Shown: positions 27,370-32,000 of the stretch, piece by piece | Numbering within the stretch: the first letter of the stretch is position 1 | How the letters are laid out: each line of letters starts with the position of its first letter | Assembly (NCBI GenBank): GCA_963718065.1 | Contig: CAVQYE010000019.1 | Span: 185,513-217,512, forward strand | Origin: an uncultured Actinomycetes bacterium | GTDB lineage: Bacteria > Actinomycetota > Thermoleophilia > Gaiellales > Gaiellaceae | DNA length: 32,000 bases | Reading direction: 5' to 3' | Notes under the pieces: generated by a model | Seen by the model: only the letters and a program-made list of their open reading frames with translations | What the model was told of the DNA's origin: nothing | Database searches by the model: none | Program-made: the position numbers and the translations under genes

Positions 27370-29796
27370 GTGTCCGTGCGCAGGGTCGTCCTCGTGCTTG
27401 CGGCCCTGGCCGCTGTCGCCACCCTCGGCGGTTCGAGCGGTGCGATAGCCCATGCGGCCGGCTCGGTCGAGGTCGTCGTGACGCTGAAGGCGCCGCCGCT
27501 GGCGCAGGTTCCGCGCAGCACCGCACGCCTGGATCTCGACTCGGCCGCGAGCAAGGCCTACCTCGCCGGGCTCGAGCGGCAGCAGAACGCGGTCGCGTCG
27601 CGAATCGTCGCCGCGATCCCCGGCGCCCGTCCCCGCTGGCGCTACGGCGTGACGCTGAACGGGCTCGCGATCGTCGTCCCAAGCCGGCAGGTGGCAAAGC
27701 TCGAGCACGTCGCCGGCGTCGACCACGTCTGGCCGACGGCGACGTATCACCTCGCTCGCACCACGGTGGGCACGGCGGCGGCGATCGGCCCGGCCGTCGA
27801 CGCGATCGGCGCCTCCGCACTCTGGGGTCCGACCTTCGCCTCGGCTGGGAACGGGGTGAAGATCGCGATCATCGACGACGGGCTCGACCAGAGCCATCCC
27901 TTCTTCAACCCGAGCGGCTTCACGATGCCGGCCGGGTATCCGAAGGGGAACACCGCGTACACGACGGCCAAGGTGATCGTCGCGCGCGCGTTCCCGCCGC
28001 CGAGCCCGAAGTACGTGGACGCCAACAAGCCCTTCGACGCCAAGAACTCGTTCCACGCGACGCACGTCGCAGGCATCGCCGCCGGCGACCGCGGCACGCG
28101 TTCGCCGCAGGGCGCGATCTCGGGCGTGGCGCCGATGGCCTATCTCGGCAACTACAAGGCCCTGACGATCCCGACACCCGACTTCGGGCTGGACGGCAAT
28201 GCGCCGGAGCTCGCGAAGGCGATCGACCAGGCGGTGCTCGACGGCATGGACGTGATCAACATGTCCCTCGGCGAGCCGGAGATCGAGCCGTCGCGCGATC
28301 TCGTCGTCAAGGCGATCCAGGGTGCGACGGCGGCCGGCGTGGTGGCGGCGATTGCGGCGGGGAACGACTTCAACGACTTCGGCTACGGCTCCGTCGGCTC
28401 GCCCGGAAGCGCCGCGGCCGCGATCACGGCCGGCGCCTCGACCGGCACCAACGCGATGGCCTACTTCTCGTCGTCGGGACCGACCCCGCTCTCGCTCCGC
28501 CTGAAGCCCGACGTGACCGCGCCCGGGGCATCGATCCTCTCGTCGGTCCCCGACGGGGAGTACTCGGAGCTCTCCGGGACGAGCATGGCGTCGCCGCACG
28601 TCGCCGGCGCCGTCGCGTTGCTGGTCCAGCGCCATCCGACCTGGACGCCCGAGCAGATCAAGTCGGCGCTCGCCCAGAGTGCCGCCGTGCTCGGCGTGCC
28701 GGTGATGCGGCAGGGCGGCGGCCTGATCGACCTCCGCCAGGCCGACACGCCCCTCCTCTTCGCCTCCCCCACCTCGCTCTCGTTCGGCGAGCTGCATCCG
28801 GGCGCGCCTGCCGTCACGCAGACGATCCAGCTCGCCGACGCCGGCGGCGGCGCCGGTGCGTGGACGGCGACCGTCGAGGTTCGCGACGGCCAGGGCTCTC
28901 AGGTGCTCGCGTCGCCACCCGTCGTCACCGTGCCGGGATCGCTGCAGGTGAGCGCCACGGTTCCGGCCGGGCTTCCCGAGGGCGATCACGCCGGCTACAT
29001 CGTCCTGCGAAAGGACGCCGTCACGCGGCGGATTCCGTACTGGTTCACGGTCAGCGTGCCCCGCCTCGCCGACGAGCCTCACGTGACTCTTCGTCGCGCC
29101 GGCACCTACTCGGGCACGACGCGGGGCAAGCTCTCGCTCGTCTCCGCGTACCGCTATCCGACCGATCCCGCGGGCGCGGGCGTGACAGCCGCCATGCCCG
29201 GGCCCGAGCAGGCGTACCGCGTCACGATCCCGGCCGGCATCGCGAACTTCGGCGCAGTCGTCCTCTCGGGCACGGCCGAGGCGCGCATCGTCCTCGCCGG
29301 CAACGAGACACGCCTCGCCGGGTACGCCGCACTCCCGCTCTATCTCAACCCGTACACCGATCGCTACGGCGAGCACGTCCCCGCCGTGGGCGTAGCGGTG
29401 CCCGCGCCGGGTGCGTACGACATCGTGCTCGACACGCACGCTGCCGCGAAGGCCGGCGCCTACTCGTTCCACTACTGGGTGAACGACACCACGCCGCCGG
29501 CGATCCGCGTCCTCACCGCGAAGGTCGCTGTCGGCAAGACACTCGCGATCGCGCTCACCGACACGGGCGCCGGGGTCGATCCCGGCTCGATCGTCGTGCG
29601 CATCGACGGGGCGAAGCGCACGTATCGGTTCTCGCGCGCCGCCGGGCGCATCAACGTCTCGCTCGGCAGCCTCGGGCGCGGCCGCCACAAGCTGGTCGTC
29701 ACGGCCGCCGACTGGCAGGAGACGAAGAACAACGAGAACCAGTCGCGGATCCTGCCGAACACCCGCACGCTGACGACGAGCTTCGTCGTCCGCTAG
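27370..29796 (+). CDS. Secreted subtilisin-like serine peptidase (S8 family) with a large C-terminal extension
   Basis: 808 aa and intact, with a GTG start. The signal peptide is VRRVVLVLAALAAVATLGGSSGAIAHA. The catalytic triad contexts are VKIAIIDDGLD (Asp), HATHVAGIAAG (His), AAGNDF (oxyanion Asn) and SGTSMASPHVAGAVALL (Ser). Confidence 0.9.
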   Translation: MSVRRVVLVLAALAAVATLGGSSGAIAHAAGSVEVVVTLKAPPLAQVPRSTARLDLDSAASKAYLAGLERQQNAVASRIVAAIPGARPRWRYGVTLNGLAIVVPSRQVAKLEHVAGVDHVWPTATYHLARTTVGTAAAIGPAVDAIGASALWGPTFASAGNGVKIAIIDDGLDQSHPFFNPSGFTMPAGYPKGNTAYTTAKVIVARAFPPPSPKYVDANKPFDAKNSFHATHVAGIAAGDRGTRSPQGAISGVAPMAYLGNYKALTIPTPDFGLDGNAPELAKAIDQAVLDGMDVINMSLGEPEIEPSRDLVVKAIQGATAAGVVAAIAAGNDFNDFGYGSVGSPGSAAAAITAGASTGTNAMAYFSSSGPTPLSLRLKPDVTAPGASILSSVPDGEYSELSGTSMASPHVAGAVALLVQRHPTWTPEQIKSALAQSAAVLGVPVMRQGGGLIDLRQADTPLLFASPTSLSFGELHPGAPAVTQTIQLADAGGGAGAWTATVEVRDGQGSQVLASPPVVTVPGSLQVSATVPAGLPEGDHAGYIVLRKDAVTRRIPYWFTVSVPRLADEPHVTLRRAGTYSGTTRGKLSLVSAYRYPTDPAGAGVTAAMPGPEQAYRVTIPAGIANFGAVVLSGTAEARIVLAGNETRLAGYAALPLYLNPYTDRYGEHVPAVGVAVPAPGAYDIVLDTHAAAKAGAYSFHYWVNDTTPPAIRVLTAKVAVGKTLAIALTDTGAGVDPGSIVVRIDGAKRTYRFSRAAGRINVSLGSLGRGRHKLVVTAADWQETKNNENQSRILPNTRTLTTSFVVR

Positions 29797-29807
29797 ACGC
29801 GGCCCTC

Positions 29808-30035
29808 CTACGTCTTCCGGTCGGGCTCGATCGTCGGCAGGTTCTCGAGGTCCCGCTGCACGGCCGCCTCGAACTCGTCGCTCTCGGTCTTCAGCAGCTT
29901 CAGCTGCGACTTGCGCTTCGCCCGGTCGCGGCGGCGACGCGCCTCGTTGCCGAACCTCGGCGCGAGCCGTGGCCATTCCGCACCGATCACGACCGTGGCG
30001 GCGGCGAGCAGCAAGAAGACTGAGAAGAGGCCCAT
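29808..30035 (-). CDS. Small single-TM protein with a basic/acidic tail (75 aa)
   Basis: The product is MGLFSVFLLLAAATVVIGAEW followed by RRRRDRAKRKSQLKLLKTESDEFEAAVQRDLENL. It is convergent with the S8 gene (11-nt gap) and has no clear RBS. Confidence 0.4.
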   Translation of the reverse strand: MGLFSVFLLLAAATVVIGAEWPRLAPRFGNEARRRRDRAKRKSQLKLLKTESDEFEAAVQRDLENLPTIEPDRKT

Positions 30036-30077
30036 GGCCCGATTCTAGCCCCGCAGAAACGGTGGTACCCTCGTCCG

Positions 30078-31334
30078 GTGCGGATCGCCCTCCGCTTTGC
30101 GCTCGGCCTGGCCGCGCTGGCGTTTCCCGGGCACGCGCTGGCAGGTGAGCAGACGCTCGTCTTCCGGACCGCACCGATCACGATCGGCGCCTACGAGGTC
30201 GGCCAGGGCGTCCAGGTGATCGACCATCCGCAGGTCGACGGCTACGTCGTCGGCATGAGCGCAGACGTCGTCGACGCCGACGGCAACCTCGTGCCGATTC
30301 GCCGGGTGATGCTCCACCACGTCGTCTTCGCGAAGATCGGCACGCCCGACCTCACGTGCCCGAGCGCCGCCACGCAGCGCTTCTACGCCAGCGGCGAGGA
30401 GCGCATGCAGCTCGCCTTGCCGCCGGGTTACGGCTATCCGAATCGCGGCCTCGACAACTGGGGCCTCCTCTACATGCTGATGAACCACCGCCCGGTCGCG
30501 GACACGGTGCGGGTGCAGTACACGGTGCGCTACGTCACCGACGAGCCGCTGCAGGCGGTGAAGCCCGTCTGGCTCGACGAGCACAACTGCTCCGCGGACC
30601 CGATCTTCAACGTCCCCGGTAACGGCAAGGTGTTCTCGACGTGGACGAAGACAACCGACTGGGTCGCTCCGGAGGACGGGGTCGTCGTCGCCCTCGGCGG
30701 CCACCTGCACGGCGGCGGCCTGCGGCTCGAGCTCGCGGACACGACCTGCGGCCGGGCGCTGTACACCTCCGAGCCCACGTGGGGGTTGCCGCTGATCAAG
30801 CCGGTGATGCACGAGCCAGGGCCGCTGCACATGAGCACCTTCACGAGCACAGAAGGGTTGCCGGTCGCTGCCGGAGCCCGGCTGCGGCTCTCGGCGGTCT
30901 ACGACAACAGCCTGCCCCACGTCCGCGCGATGGGGATCATGCTCGCCTACTTCGCGCCGAAGCCGGTCATTGCCTGCGGGCCTCTGCCGGTTCTCCAGCC
31001 GGATCCCGCGAGCCGGCCGGGGACGCCGCCGCGCATCAAGCTGCCGCTGTTGCGCGAGCCGAAGGGGCCCTTCGCCGGCCTGCAAGCCACGTTCGTCAGC
31101 GACTACGCGTACGGGCGCCAGCGGGTCACGGTCAAGAAGGGCTCGACCTTCACGTGGCGCTTCGCGGGGCCCGCATTGCACGACGTCACGCTCGCGAGCG
31201 GACCGGTCGGGTTCGCGTCTCCGTGGTCACCGGCCGGCTCGACGTTCTCCTTCAGGTTCACGAGAGCCGGCACCTACCGGCTGTTCTGCTCCCTCCACCC
31301 CGCGCGCATGACCCAGGTCGTGATCGTGCGCTAA
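30078..31334 (+). CDS. Secreted two-part copper protein: an N-terminal PHM/DBH-like (copper type II monooxygenase-like) region fused to a C-terminal type-1 cupredoxin domain
   Basis: 418 aa and intact. The signal peptide is MRIALRFALGLAALAFPGHALA. Candidate CuH ligands are H80/H81 (VMLHHVVF) and H137 (LYMLMNHRP). Candidate CuM ligands are H209/H211 (GGHLHGGG) and M285 or M288 (HVRAMGIMLAYF). The spacings of 56, 72 and about 75 aa compare with 64, 70 and 70 in PHM as I recall it. The C-terminal cupredoxin has H368 (PALHDV) and C404-x2-H407-x3-M411 (YRLFCSLHPARMTQVVIV). Confidence 0.7.
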   Translation: MRIALRFALGLAALAFPGHALAGEQTLVFRTAPITIGAYEVGQGVQVIDHPQVDGYVVGMSADVVDADGNLVPIRRVMLHHVVFAKIGTPDLTCPSAATQRFYASGEERMQLALPPGYGYPNRGLDNWGLLYMLMNHRPVADTVRVQYTVRYVTDEPLQAVKPVWLDEHNCSADPIFNVPGNGKVFSTWTKTTDWVAPEDGVVVALGGHLHGGGLRLELADTTCGRALYTSEPTWGLPLIKPVMHEPGPLHMSTFTSTEGLPVAAGARLRLSAVYDNSLPHVRAMGIMLAYFAPKPVIACGPLPVLQPDPASRPGTPPRIKLPLLREPKGPFAGLQATFVSDYAYGRQRVTVKKGSTFTWRFAGPALHDVTLASGPVGFASPWSPAGSTFSFRFTRAGTYRLFCSLHPARMTQVVIVR

Positions 31335-31365
31335 GGGCTGGCCCGCCCGCTGCCGATAGGAAACC

Positions 31366-31527
31366 ATGCTCACGCTGGGGATCTCAGCCGCGACACTCGT
31401 GCTAGCCGCCTCGATGGTGCGTGCACTCTTCGTGCAGGCCAGGATCGCCCCGCCGTTCTGCCATCGCTGCGGCGAGAAGCTCGAGCGTCGCCGCCTCGGC
31501 GACAAGATCTGCAACTGCCGCCACTGA
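31366..31527 (+). CDS. Possible small (53 aa) membrane-anchored Cys/His-rich protein
   Basis: It is below the ORF-track size cutoff. ATG at 31366 gives MLTLGISAATLVLAASMVRALFVQARIAPPFCHRCGEKLERRRLGDKICNCRH*. It has one TM helix and then CxxC...CxC. The RBS is weak (AGGAAACC). Confidence 0.3.
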   Translation: MLTLGISAATLVLAASMVRALFVQARIAPPFCHRCGEKLERRRLGDKICNCRH

Positions 31528-31613
31528 GCCCCTGAAGCGCGCGTCGCCTCGGTTTCCGGGCGCAGCCGCGAGTCTTTTGCAGGTCATAACAATCTGCCGT
31601 CAAACTCGGTGGG

Positions 31614-32000
31614 ATGGTCAGGCGCTCTGCGCTCCTACTCGCGGTTCCACTCGCGCTCATCGTGCTCGCCGGCTGCGGCGGCTCGCAGGAGTCGGCGACG
31701 ACCTCGACCGCCGGCCCGGCCGGGACGACGACCTCGTCGGACGAGAAGATGGCCGTCTACCCGTACTTCCTCCGCAACGAGCAGGTCGCCATCACGCGCG
31801 CACACGTCCCCAAGAGCGCCGGCGTCGCGCGCGCCTCGGTCGAGGCGCTGCTGGCCGGCGCGCCCGAGGGGTCGTCGACCGCGATCCCGGACGGCACACG
31901 CCTCCTCGGGCTGACGATCGCCGACGGGGTCGCCACGGTCGACCTCTCGAAGGAGTTCGGCTCGGGCGGCGGCTCCTCGTCGATGCTGGGCCGCCTTGCC
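31614..32000 (+). CDS. Lipoprotein with a GerMN-type domain (partial, continues off-window)
   Basis: It is absent from the ORF track because there is no stop in the window. ATG at 31614 gives MVRRSALLLAVPLALIVLAGCGGSQ, with the lipobox LAGC. It continues ...MAVYPYFLRNEQVAITRAHVPKSAGVARASVEALLAGAPEGSSTAIPDGTRLLGLTIADGVATVDLSKEF, the GerMN pattern. ORF-track entry 31609..31914 is the wrong frame. Confidence 0.7.
   Translation, partial: MVRRSALLLAVPLALIVLAGCGGSQESATTSTAGPAGTTTSSDEKMAVYPYFLRNEQVAITRAHVPKSAGVARASVEALLAGAPEGSSTAIPDGTRLLGLTIADGVATVDLSKEFGSGGGSSSMLGRLA

Noticed and set aside
27349-30174. A 941-aa ORF on the minus strand, the longest in the track
   Set aside because: It is antisense to the S8 peptidase, which has a clear Asp/His/Ser triad. 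Its translation is Arg/Gly/Asp/Ala-rich with no motifs. It is a typical high-GC antisense open frame.

Overview
High-GC actinobacterial-type chromosomal segment; a Thermoleophilia/Solirubrobacterales-like origin is my guess from gene content only. Layout: (a) 1-10.8 kb holds a Tad/Flp pilus operon: flp, tadE, cpaB, cpaE, cpaF, a vWA-tadB fusion, tadC and a large coiled-coil gene. A DUF192 gene and a Pro/Ala/Thr-rich envelope protein lie upstream on the minus strand. (b) 10.8-13.6 kb holds tRNA-Leu(CAG) followed by a lower-GC, decayed islet with a truncated tyrosine integrase. (c) 13.9-15.9 kb holds a Calx-beta secreted protein and a DUF4386 membrane protein. (d) 16.0-23.1 kb holds a group-3b-type [NiFe]-hydrogenase operon with an embedded cNMP-binding gene, then the maturation protease, hypA-like, hypC, an EamA transporter and a conserved accessory gene. 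(e) 23.2-32 kb holds a secreted coiled-coil protein, a PAS-PAS hybrid histidine kinase, a HEAT-like repeat protein, an S8 peptidase, a secreted PHM/DBH-like copper monooxygenase fused to a cupredoxin, and a GerMN lipoprotein that runs off the window. The most striking observation is a ~6.6 kb block (about 3.75-10.38 kb) where every Tad gene can only be read by hopping between frames dozens of times, mostly by +1. The flanks carry long intact ORFs. This is either a local unpolished or poorly assembled patch or an unusual decay pattern. The most interesting biological candidate is the copper monooxygenase-cupredoxin fusion at 30078-31334. No CRISPR array, rRNA or intact transposon was seen. All calls come from manual translation and motif recognition; no database search was run.
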